The notes: a model not told the origin generated them from the sequence alone. 62,953 nucleotides of DNA from Armatimonadia bacterium (GCA_039683575.1 JBDKRC010000044.1:1-62953); one strand, 5' to 3'. Numbered from the stretch's first letter, positions 46,555 to 55,172 are shown. Numbers and translations: made by a program.

Positions 46555-47103
46555 ATGCCCCACCCTCTATCACTCCTAACCCTCCTCACCCTCACCATCC
46601 CCGCCATGGCCGCTGCCATGCCCGTAGTGGCCCTTCAGCCTCAGGCGACCGTGGACACCACCGAAGTCACCCTCGGCCAAGTTGCCTCCGGCCTCACCCC
46701 TGAACTCGCCGCCGTCAACCTCGGCTCCGCCCCCGTCCCCGGCACCACGCGCCACATCACCGCCGACTACATCTGCCTCCGGCTGCGGCGCTGTGGCATC
46801 CGACCCGAGACCCTCGACCTGCAGGGCGAGGGCGTCACGGTCTGCCGTAAGGGCGCGGCAAACGCAACGGCCACTGCACGGCCCGTAGCCGCCCCCAGAG
46901 CCGATGCCCTCATCAGGCGCAACCAACTGGTCGAGGTCGAGGTGCAGTGTGGTGGGGTGACCATCCACACGACCGGCCGCGCCGCCGCGGACGCCTCTGA
47001 GGGCGACCTCATCGAGATCAATCTCGCCACCACCAACCGCAAGGTCACGGGCCGAGTCAGCCGTGGCACCATTCTTGTAGTGATTCCCGGGAGCGTGTCA
47101 TGA
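46555..47103 (+). CDS. flgA: Flagellar P-ring chaperone FlgA (short form)
   Basis: Signal peptide; VTLGQVA...LGSAPVPG; C-terminal LIRRNQLVEV...GRAAADASEGDLIEI; lies between flgG and flgH. Confidence 0.8.
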   Translation: MPHPLSLLTLLTLTIPAMAAAMPVVALQPQATVDTTEVTLGQVASGLTPELAAVNLGSAPVPGTTRHITADYICLRLRRCGIRPETLDLQGEGVTVCRKGAANATATARPVAAPRADALIRRNQLVEVEVQCGGVTIHTTGRAAADASEGDLIEINLATTNRKVTGRVSRGTILVVIPGSVS

Positions 47104-47666
47104 AGTACCTCGCCGCCATCGCCTTGCTGACCCTCAGCGCCGGATATGCCGATTCGCTCTACACGCCCACCAGCGGCTTCAGGAGCCTGTTTGCGGACCG
47201 CAGGGCCGTCGCCGTCGGCGACGTCTTGCACATCCTGGTGACCGAGACCGCGCAGGCCAACCAGACCGTCAACAACAGCACCCAGAGCACCACGGCCGCC
47301 AACCTCGGCCCCGGCCTGGGCAAGCTGAGCTTCCTGCCGCTGCTGAAGTACCAGGGCGACATCGCGGCCCAGTCCAAAGGCAGCGCCAGCCGCTCTGAGA
47401 CGCTCACAGCCCGTGTGGCTGTCACGGTTGTGGAAGTCACGCCGGCAGGGAATCTGAAGGTCGAGGGGAGCCGGCAGGTGGCCGTAAACAACGACCGGCA
47501 GCTCATCAAGCTCAGCGGCGAAGTGCGGCCCGAGGACGTCACCGCCGACAACACCGTGCCCTCGTACAAGGTAGCGAATGCCACCATCTCCTACACCGGA
47601 AGCGACCCGCTGAAGCCGGGGAAGAAGGTGGGGATCATTACCCGCTTGCTGCACTGGGTGTTCTGA
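47100..47666 (+). CDS. flgH: Flagellar L-ring protein FlgH
   Basis: LFADRRAVAVGDVLHILVTE; GNLKVEGSRQVAVN; SGEVRPEDV; SYKVANATISYTG. Confidence 0.92.
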   Translation: MKYLAAIALLTLSAGYADSLYTPTSGFRSLFADRRAVAVGDVLHILVTETAQANQTVNNSTQSTTAANLGPGLGKLSFLPLLKYQGDIAAQSKGSASRSETLTARVAVTVVEVTPAGNLKVEGSRQVAVNNDRQLIKLSGEVRPEDVTADNTVPSYKVANATISYTGSDPLKPGKKVGIITRLLHWVF

Positions 47667-47726
47667 GAGGGACGGCGAAAACGGAGAACAGAAAACAGAA
47701 AACAGGGGGCGGCGAAGAGGTTTGGT

Positions 47727-47814
47727 CAAAATGGGGACGGAGCCTTCGCGCCGATTGAGGCTTCATGGAATCCACCGATCGTAACGTCGGCGCGAAGGCT
47801 CCGTCCCCATTTTG
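47727..47814. mobile_element. 88-bp MITE/REPIN-like hairpin element, copy 2
   Basis: Same terminal inverted repeats and loop (GAGGCTTCATGGAATCCACC) as 46432-46519. Confidence 0.7.
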
Positions 47815-48421
47815 GGCGACTGGTTACGCCTATACCATGACAGGGGCGGACTGGCGAGGTGGTGATTCAGAGGCGCTCAGAAGCAGGCGAATCTGGCGGG
47901 TCGGAGGAGCGAACGTGGAAGAAGGGACAAATGGGCTGTGGGGAGATTAGGGGGCACTGTGGGGCACCTGTGCTATTCAATGAAAACTGCAAGTGGCGAT
48001 TTGGCGGTTTGAACGGGTACGAATGCCACTGAGAGCCACGGAGCGGGGCTTTTCCGGCGTCTTGATCAGGCAGTGAATCAAAAGTGTGCGAAACCGGCTC
48101 CGTGAGCAGCTCCGCCGGCACGAGGCCACAAGGCCCCGGGGGCGAGGGCCAAGAACGCGCTACGGCCCTGCGAACGGCCTCTGCGGGCACGTGAGACTAT
48201 TCAACGAAAACCTTAAATAGTGGCCGATTCGGTGTCGCAAGGTGAGCCCACGAAACTGAACAACATCGAAATCGCCTTGAGAGCCACGCAGCGGCCCTTT
48301 TCCGGGCGTTTCGCACTTCGACTCCAGCCCAACGAATCATCCAACGATTCCTTCCCAGCCCATTCCAACGCCCAATAACCATCAGGAAGCACGGATGAAA
48401 CAGCAACGCTGTAATACCAGC

Positions 48422-49618
48422 ATGGCAATGAGGCCGCAGGGGCAACGGTGTCTGCCGCTCATTGTGGTATGTCTACTTTCTACCCTCTCCCCCACCTTCG
48501 CCTCGCCGAGTCGAATCAAGGACATCGCCGCGATCAATGGTCTCGGCAGACACAAGCTATTGGGTTACGGAATCGTCGCGGGTCTGCAGGGCACCGGCGA
48601 CAGTGACGACTCGATGCTGACCATCCGCAGCATCGCCAACATGCTGCAGTCGTTCGGGGTGACGGTGGGCAAGGATGACTTCTCGGGCAAGAACCTCGCG
48701 GCAGTGATTGTGACCGCCGAGATGCCTCCCATCACCGCGGTCGGCAGCACGATTGATGTCACGGTGTCCTCCCTATCCGATGCGAAGAGTCTGCAGGGCG
48801 GGACGCTGCTGCTGACACCACTGCGGGCGGCCGACGGAGAGGTATACGCCGTGGCGCAGGGGGCGGTGACCATCGGGGGCTTCTCCGCCGAGACTCGCGG
48901 CGGGGACGTGGCGCAAAAGAACCACCCGACAGTGGGGCGAGTGCCCAATGGAGCCTCGCTGGTCAAGGCGCTGGCCGGGGACCTCAACAGTTGCGAGAAG
49001 CTGTCACTGGCGCTGCTGCAACCCGACTTCACCACGGCGGCGCGAATCGCTGAGGCGATCAACCAGGCGCAGGGCCAACCACTGGCGGTGGCGCTGGACA
49101 ATGCGACTGTGCAGGTGACAGTGCCCGAGGCGGCGCGGCGGAGTCTGACCACCTTTATCGTGTCATTGGAGAACCTGCCCATCGAGCCCGACAACGCCGC
49201 GCGGGTGGTCATCAACGAGCGGACGGGGACGGTTGTGATCGGGCAGCATGTGCGGATCATGCCAGTGGCGATCTGCCATGGAGGGCTGACGGTGGAGGTC
49301 AAGAGCCGGACGGAGGTGTCGCAGCCACCGCCGGTGGTGGAGGTTGTGGAAGGTCCGACCAAGGCTGCGGAGGCGGACAAGGATGTCCGCGCTCCACACG
49401 GCGAGAGGGTTAGCGGAGGGCGGACGGTGGTGGTGGAGCAGGAGGAGTTGCAGGTTCAGGAGGCGGCGGCCGCGCTGGTGGCGATTGAGGAGCAGGCGAC
49501 GCTGCATGATCTGGTGACGGCGCTCAATGCCCTGGGTGTGAAGCCGCGGGACCTGATTGCGATCATCCAGGCGCTGAAAGAGGCGGGGGCTTTGCGGGCG
49601 GAGTTGGTGTTGTTCTGA
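48422..49618 (+). CDS. flgI: Flagellar P-ring protein FlgI
   Basis: RIKDIA; LLGYGIVAGLQGTGD; DAKSLQGGTLL; ARVVINERTGTVV; ALKEAGALRAEL. Start uncertain (48395-48428). Confidence 0.95.
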   Translation: MAMRPQGQRCLPLIVVCLLSTLSPTFASPSRIKDIAAINGLGRHKLLGYGIVAGLQGTGDSDDSMLTIRSIANMLQSFGVTVGKDDFSGKNLAAVIVTAEMPPITAVGSTIDVTVSSLSDAKSLQGGTLLLTPLRAADGEVYAVAQGAVTIGGFSAETRGGDVAQKNHPTVGRVPNGASLVKALAGDLNSCEKLSLALLQPDFTTAARIAEAINQAQGQPLAVALDNATVQVTVPEAARRSLTTFIVSLENLPIEPDNAARVVINERTGTVVIGQHVRIMPVAICHGGLTVEVKSRTEVSQPPPVVEVVEGPTKAAEADKDVRAPHGERVSGGRTVVVEQEELQVQEAAAALVAIEEQATLHDLVTALNALGVKPRDLIAIIQALKEAGALRAELVLF

Positions 49619-49678
49619 GGAGTACGGCGGGAACAGAAACGGCGGGAACGGGTGCGGCGGGAACATCGGGAACTTGCA

Positions 49679-49752
49679 CGCGTGGTCGGCATGCTCCGCA
49701 TGCCGGAATCCCGTGCAATGAGTCCGGCATGCGGAGCATGCCTACCACGCGC
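49679..49752. repeat. Inverted pair of GGCATGCTCCGCATGCC palindromes
   Basis: CGCGTGGTCGGCATGCTCCGCATGCCGGA...TCCGGCATGCGGAGCATGCCTACCACGCG; another copy at about 59841-59869. Confidence 0.8.
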
Positions 49753-49807
49753 AGAGAGCATGTTCCGGCAGGCGGAGTGCCTTCGCGCTAAGAGAGAGGG
49801 AAACGTC

Positions 49808-50242
49808 ATGCAGACCATTACACGAGGCATTACGGAATATTTACATCCAGCCCAGGCGGAGGGGCTGAAGTTGGCTGGCGGTCCTGCCGATACCAAGGAG
49901 GACTCGGTACAGCTTCGGGTGCGAGAGGCTTGCCGCCAGTTCGAGGGATTCTGGCTCGGTGAGATGCTCAAGGCGATGCGGGAGGCGGGCGGGGAGCGTG
50001 AGGGGCTGGTGCCCGTCAGCCGGGCCGAGAAGATCTTTGTCCGACAGCAGTGTGAGACGCTGGGAGACATATTGGCAAAGCAGGAGCCACTCGGGATCGC
50101 ACAACTGCTTGGCAGCAACATTCACAGCACCGGGTTCAATGGAGGTGGCCATGATGAGGATCGAGACCTACAACTGCAGCCAGATGAGCCGTCTGGAACC
50201 GATGGGCCAAACGGGGCGCACCGAGACGGGTCAACGAATTGA
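49808..50242 (+). CDS. flgJ: FlgJ-like rod-binding protein without muramidase domain
   Basis: VREACRQFEGFWLGEMLKAMR...LGIAQLL; follows flgI; the tail overlaps flgM by 92 nt. Confidence 0.75.
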   Translation: MQTITRGITEYLHPAQAEGLKLAGGPADTKEDSVQLRVREACRQFEGFWLGEMLKAMREAGGEREGLVPVSRAEKIFVRQQCETLGDILAKQEPLGIAQLLGSNIHSTGFNGGGHDEDRDLQLQPDEPSGTDGPNGAHRDGSTN

Positions 50243-50501
50243 GCGCGGCGGCGTCGAGACACTCTCGCTCTCGCCGCTGGGGTCCCTCCTGGCCTCGGCG
50301 CAGCAGGCCCTGCGAGGACTGCCGGCGGTGCGCGAGGGGCGGGTGCGGGAGGTGGGCATGATGGTTAGCAGCGGCCGGTACAAGGCTGATGCAGAAAGCA
50401 TCGCGGGAGCGATGGTCGGCGCGGGGTCGGGCTCTGGAGAGCCCTCCCACAACACTACCATCTCCCACGGCACGAGCGAGGGGGCTTACCTTAGTGAGTG
50501 A
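50151..50501 (+). CDS. flgM: Anti-sigma28 factor FlgM with REP-derived C-terminal extension
   Basis: GGAGG SD; ETLSLS...PAVREGRVREV...GRYKADAESIAGAM. Confidence 0.82.
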   Translation: MMRIETYNCSQMSRLEPMGQTGRTETGQRIERGGVETLSLSPLGSLLASAQQALRGLPAVREGRVREVGMMVSSGRYKADAESIAGAMVGAGSGSGEPSHNTTISHGTSEGAYLSE

Positions 50502-50907
50502 CCAGTATCTCGCGGCTTTGTGGCAGGAGATCGCGGCCTGGCAGCACGTGGCCGAGGCTCTGAGCGAGCAGCGGCAGGCGATCCTGCAGCGCCAGTCGCA
50601 GCAGCTCTGGGAGGTGCAGGAGCGGCTGCAGGAGGCCTTGCGGCTGGCGGTCATTGCCCGCAATGAGACGCTGCGGCGGCGGCCACGGGAGACGGGGCCC
50701 GAGGTCGCGACGATTGAGGAGCAGGCGGCACGGATGCATCTGCAAGTGCGGGACGGCGTGCGGCTGAACCACGAGCTTTTGAAGGACATCTGCACCTACC
50801 TGGAGATGATCCGGGAGGTGGTGTTCCCGCACACGCTGGCGGGGACCTATGAGGCTTGCGGGAGGCGGAGGGAAGTGGCGGAGGAGAGGGTTGGGCGGGT
50901 GGCGTGA
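50494..50907 (+). CDS. flgN: Flagellar export chaperone FlgN
   Basis: Helical protein, LSEQRQAIL...VRLNHELL...GTY; lies between flgM and flgK. Confidence 0.75.
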   Translation: MSDQYLAALWQEIAAWQHVAEALSEQRQAILQRQSQQLWEVQERLQEALRLAVIARNETLRRRPRETGPEVATIEEQAARMHLQVRDGVRLNHELLKDICTYLEMIREVVFPHTLAGTYEACGRRREVAEERVGRVA

Positions 50908-50913
50908 GGGGAG

Positions 50914-51103
50914 GGGGAAAGGCATACAGGATGGACAGGATAACGGCGAGGATGGGGAGGATACGGCGGGAGAGGATGGGGGAGAGGTCTGTCACTCTGA
51001 GCGAAGCGAAGAGTCCCAAGGGTGGCGGGGCGCAATGGGTGGGGAAACGGCATACAGGATGGACAGGATAACGGCAAGGATGGGGAGGATACGGCGGGAG
51101 AGG
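50914..51103 (+). repeat. Two direct copies of an approximately 60-bp AGGAT-rich unit; third copy at 52751-52807
   Basis: GGCATACAGGATGGACAGGATAACGGC(G/A)AGGATGGGGAGGATACGGCGGGAGAGG. Confidence 0.9.
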
Positions 51104-51354
51104 GAGAGGGTGAGAGGGTGGCATTCTGAGCGAAGCGAAGAGGCCAGAGGGTAGCGGGGCGCAACGGGTGGGGATCCTTCGTCGCGAACGGCGCTCCTCA
51201 GGATGACACGGTCGGTTGGGGGTGGGGTCGGGGCCGATGACCCCTCCCACGGGGCACGACGGCCGGGCCGGAGGACCATGGTGAGGCTGTGATCATGCGG
51301 CCCCTCCGGAGAGACGGCGAGTTATAGCAAGCGTAGAGCGGATGGCGAGTCACT

Positions 51355-52734
51355 ATGTCCTTTCAGACTTTGGAGATTGCTCGGACGGCTTTGGCGGCCA
51401 GTCGTGTGGCGCTTGAGGTGGCGTCGCAGAATGTGGCCAATGCCAACACGCCCGGGTATGTGCGGCAACGGGTTGTGCTGGCGCCTATGGCCAATCGCGA
51501 TACCAGCGGCAGTGGGATGGTCGGTGGGGGCGTGGATGTCATCACCGTGCAGAGGCTGCGCGACCAGTGCCTGGAGGCCCAGATCAACAATCAGGAGGGG
51601 CGGCTCGGCGAAGAGAAGGCGCGTGCGGGCTCGTTGACGCGGGTTCAGACCTATTTCTCTGACTTGAGTGAGACCGGCATCTCCGCCGCGCTCGGCGAGT
51701 TCTTCAACTCGCTGCAGCGGGTGCAGACTACGCCGGAGAGTGTTACGGCGCGCGAGGAAGTGCTGTTCGCCGCGGATTCCCTGTGCCAGCAGATGCACAC
51801 GACGACGGCGAAGTTGCAGGAAGAGCGGTCGATTCTGGAATCAGACTTGCAGCTTCAGGTTACGCGGGCGAATCAGGTTCTGCAGCAGGTAGCGGAACTC
51901 AATGGCACGATTGCAACGCTGGCCGATAGCCCGCAGGCCAATGATCTGCGGGTGATGCGTGAGGAAGCGATCCGGGAGTTGGGGGGGATCTGCGGGGCGG
52001 GTGGGCTGGACATGGCTGACGGGTCGCAGGATGTGCTCCTGGGTGGCATCAGGCTCGTGCAGGGGTCGCAGTGGACGCCGCTGTCGCTGGTGGACGCCCC
52101 GGCGGACCCGACGCGGCATGTGGTGGAGGTGGCAGGGATCGTGCAGCCGGACGGGTTGGCAGGGACCATCGCAGGGGACATGACGGCGCGGGATACGAAT
52201 CTGGCGGGATGGCAGGGGAAGCTGGATGAACTGGCAGCCACAATCGCGGACGCTGTGAATGCGCAGCACCGGGCGGGGTATGACCTGGATAATGCGGCGG
52301 GCGGGGACCTGCTGGAATATGACGCGGGGTCGGCGGCGCGGACGCTGCGGGTGAGCGCGGAACTGGTGGCGGAGCCGCGGAAACTGGCGGCGGCGGGGAC
52401 GAGCGGCGGTGCGCCGGGTGATGGGACCAATGCGGCGGCGCTGGCCGGGCTGCGGGCCGAGAAGCTGCTGGGCGGGGCCACGCAGACGCTGGAGGAGTTC
52501 CAGGCAGGGCTGCTGTATGACGTGGGCGTGCAGACCGAGCAGGCGCAGAATGCGCTGGCGGCGCGGAAGGGGTTTGTGGTGTCGCTGGATGCGCAGTACG
52601 CCAACCAGGCGGGGGTGTCGCTGGACGAGGAGGCGGTTGACGTGATGAAGTACCAACAGGCATACACGGCGGCGCTGAAGCTGATCCAGATGGTGGATGA
52701 GATGACTGAGGATGTTTTGGGGTTGGTGCGGTGA
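51355..52734 (+). CDS. flgK: Flagellar hook-associated protein FlgK
   Basis: NVANANTPGYVRQR; GVSLDEEAVDVMKYQQAYTA. Confidence 0.95.
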   Translation: MSFQTLEIARTALAASRVALEVASQNVANANTPGYVRQRVVLAPMANRDTSGSGMVGGGVDVITVQRLRDQCLEAQINNQEGRLGEEKARAGSLTRVQTYFSDLSETGISAALGEFFNSLQRVQTTPESVTAREEVLFAADSLCQQMHTTTAKLQEERSILESDLQLQVTRANQVLQQVAELNGTIATLADSPQANDLRVMREEAIRELGGICGAGGLDMADGSQDVLLGGIRLVQGSQWTPLSLVDAPADPTRHVVEVAGIVQPDGLAGTIAGDMTARDTNLAGWQGKLDELAATIADAVNAQHRAGYDLDNAAGGDLLEYDAGSAARTLRVSAELVAEPRKLAAAGTSGGAPGDGTNAAALAGLRAEKLLGGATQTLEEFQAGLLYDVGVQTEQAQNALAARKGFVVSLDAQYANQAGVSLDEEAVDVMKYQQAYTAALKLIQMVDEMTEDVLGLVR

Positions 52735-52966
52735 GTGGGGAGGAGAAGGCAAAGGCATACAGGATGGGCAGGATAAAGGCTAGGATGGGGAGGATGACGG
52801 CGGGGAGGTGAGAGGTGGTGAGGTGTGTGGCGCTGCTCAGGATGACAAGGGTTGGTCGGTGATAACGGCTGCGGGCAGGATGCCCGCGCACCTACGGCTC
52901 GGCAACGGCAACGGCAACGGCAACGACAAAGGCAACGACGGCAAAGGCAAAGGCGTGAGGCGCTTT

Positions 52967-53899
52967 ATGCGGATCGGTAGTCGCGGGTATTTGGAGCAGA
53001 TACAGAGCAATGTGGCGCGGCCGGCTGAGCGGTTGACCCGGCTCTATGGGCAGCTTACCAGCGGGAAGCGGTTGCAGGTGCTTTCGGATGACCCTTTGGC
53101 GGCCTCGCGGGCCGTGCGGGGGCATGCGGTGCTGGAGGAGATTGAGGCGCGCAAGTTTGTGATCCGGCAGGGGCAGCAGGTTTTGGGGGCGGCCGACGGG
53201 GCTTTGGGCGACATCGCGCAGAGCCTCAGCAAAGTCAACAATCTCGCGCTGCAGGCTTCCGCCCCGTATCTGGAGGAGAGCGAACGGTCGGCGCTGGCGG
53301 CCGAGATCCGCGGCCTGAGCGACCAGATGGTGACACTGGGGAACATGCAGGTGCAGGACAAGTACATCTTCGCAGGGTCGCAGACGCAGACGCGGCCGCT
53401 GGAGCAGGCAGAAGGTGTGAGCCTGCCGGTGCTCTATCACGGCAATTCGCAGGCGCCGGTCTACGCGATTGATACGCTGCAGCAGGCGGGGGCGGGATTC
53501 ACGGGGCAGCGGGTCTTCAACTACGCCGATGGGAGCGGGGAGCGGGCCGTGGACGGGGTGGATACGGACGTGTTCTCGCTGCTCGAGGACCTGGCGACGG
53601 CGATTGAGGCGGGAGATACGGCCCAGTCCGAGACGCTGCGCGAGCAGGTGACCAAGTGCCACGCGTCGGTGGTGGGGCTGCGAGGGCAGGTGGGCGTCAT
53701 GACACAGCGGTACGAGCGGGCGCTGTCAGTGGCGGAGGCGGCTGACCTGCGCACGCGGGAGCTTTTGGCCGAGGAAGAGGATGTGGACTTTGCCAAGGCG
53801 GCCAGTGAGATGGAGCAGCAGGAAACGATCTATCAGGCGGCGCTGGGACTGACCTCACGTTTACTGGAGATGCCCGACCTCTTTGATATGCCATGGTAA
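52967..53899 (+). CDS. flgL: Flagellar hook-associated protein FlgL
   Basis: QLTSGKRLQVLSDDP; YIFAGSQT; EDVDFAKA...YQAAL. Confidence 0.92.
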   Translation: MRIGSRGYLEQIQSNVARPAERLTRLYGQLTSGKRLQVLSDDPLAASRAVRGHAVLEEIEARKFVIRQGQQVLGAADGALGDIAQSLSKVNNLALQASAPYLEESERSALAAEIRGLSDQMVTLGNMQVQDKYIFAGSQTQTRPLEQAEGVSLPVLYHGNSQAPVYAIDTLQQAGAGFTGQRVFNYADGSGERAVDGVDTDVFSLLEDLATAIEAGDTAQSETLREQVTKCHASVVGLRGQVGVMTQRYERALSVAEAADLRTRELLAEEEDVDFAKAASEMEQQETIYQAALGLTSRLLEMPDLFDMPW

Positions 53900-54354
53900 C
53901 AGCACAAGTACTACCTCAACCAATGCTGGCGCAGACGGTCCACTTCGGGACGATTGAGGTGTGGCCGGAAGATGTGATCGAATTCGTAGCGCCGCTGCCG
54001 CCGTTCGTGCAATTGCGGCGGTATGCGCTTTTGGAGCGGGAGGAGGAAAGCCCTTTCCGGTGGCTGCAGTCGCTGGAGGAGCCGGCGCTGGCGCTGGTGG
54101 TGGCCCCGTATGAGGTGGTGGTGGGCGAGGCGCCACCGGCAGCGTCTCAGGGGCTGCGGAAGGAGCTCGGGCTGCGGGCCGGCGAGGAGGCGCAGGTGTA
54201 CGTGATCATCTCGCTGGGCCAGCAGGCGCGGGAGAGCACGATGAACTTGCTGGCGCCGCTGTACTTGTGCGAGCGGACGGGGCGGGCGCGGCAGGTGATT
54301 GTGGGGGAGGATTTGGGGCTGGCGCGGACGGCGCTGATGGTTGATAGGCAATAG
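53893..54354 (+). CDS. fliW: Flagellar assembly factor FliW
   Basis: PFRWLQSLEEPALAL; TMNLLAPL...ARQVI; upstream of csrA. The start may be 53923. Confidence 0.9.
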   Translation: MVTAQVLPQPMLAQTVHFGTIEVWPEDVIEFVAPLPPFVQLRRYALLEREEESPFRWLQSLEEPALALVVAPYEVVVGEAPPAASQGLRKELGLRAGEEAQVYVIISLGQQARESTMNLLAPLYLCERTGRARQVIVGEDLGLARTALMVDRQ

Positions 54355-54609
54355 GCCGGCCGGCGTGTCATCGTGAGCGAAGCGGAGGAAGCCCCGGGTG
54401 GGTAGCGAGGGGATTCTTCGTCGCAGACGGCGCTCCTCAGAATGACAAGAGGGGACGGCGCTCCTGAATGACATGCCTGGTCGGGGATGGCGGCGTGGGC
54501 CGGATGCCGACGGAAAGGCTGTCGGCATTCGGCCCCTCCTGCAGAGGCGACGGTTGTCGGGGGATGGCTTGAGGCAGGGAGGCTTGTATCTCCATGGAGG
54601 GAGATTGTC

Positions 54610-54849
54610 ATGCTGGTGCTTACGCGGTCGGTGGAGCAGGAGATTGTCATTGGGGATGAGGTGCGGGTGAAGGTGCTGGCGATCAGCGGCAACCAGGTGC
54701 GGCTGGGGATTGAGGCGCCGGGGTCGGTGGGGATATTTCGGCGGGAGATACATGATGAGGTTTGCCGGCAGAATGCGGAGGCGGCGGTGGTGAGGCCCGA
54801 GGCTTTGGCGGGACTGTTGGGGGGAAAGGCGTTGGTGCAACGGCGTTGA
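54610..54849 (+). CDS. csrA: Carbon storage regulator CsrA (long, FliW-type)
   Basis: MLVLTR...IVIGDEVRVKVL...VRLGIEAP...IFRREI...RQN plus C-terminal extension; GGAGG SD. Confidence 0.95.
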   Translation: MLVLTRSVEQEIVIGDEVRVKVLAISGNQVRLGIEAPGSVGIFRREIHDEVCRQNAEAAVVRPEALAGLLGGKALVQRR

Positions 54850-54879
54850 TGGTTGATGGCAAAAGGCGGGGGGAGACGG

Positions 54880-54911
54880 AACGGAGGCTCTGAAGAGAGG
54901 CCTCCGTTTTT
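54880..54911 (+). terminator. Intrinsic terminator after csrA
   Basis: AACGGAGGC...GCCTCCGTT stem ending in a T run. Confidence 0.8.
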
Positions 54912-55022
54912 CGGGTTCTGGGGGGCGGGTCGCGGAGGGTCGCGATCGGTGATCACTCGTACAGGTGGGGTAAGGCGAAGAGTCCTCTCCCCTACCGGGC
55001 TGTAACAATCGTGTTGCCGGGC

Positions 55023-55049
55023 TCAAGGCCGGGGGAGGGCTGCCAATAA
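55023..55049 (+). promoter_or_regulatory. Sigma28-type promoter of fliC
   Basis: TCAA-N15-GCCAATAA. Confidence 0.75.
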
Positions 55050-55172
55050 TGGGGACTGACGGCGGCCGTTTGAGACTTGCGGAAGGAGGGTTGGTTGACG
55101 GCGGCGGGGTACGAGCCCCCTGCGACGCAGACGTCGCTTCGCCCTACAGCAGACGCGGAAGCTGCGGTTTTG

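Noticed and set aside
47667-48420. oriC call at the skew flip
   Set aside because: No dnaA, no clear TTATCCACA boxes and no AT-rich unwinding element were seen; kept only as one hypothesis.
49766-49780. Sigma54-like CGGCAGGCGGAGTGC before flgJ
   Set aside because: Correct spacing but a weak match next to a REP in GC-rich DNA; not supportable without TSS data.
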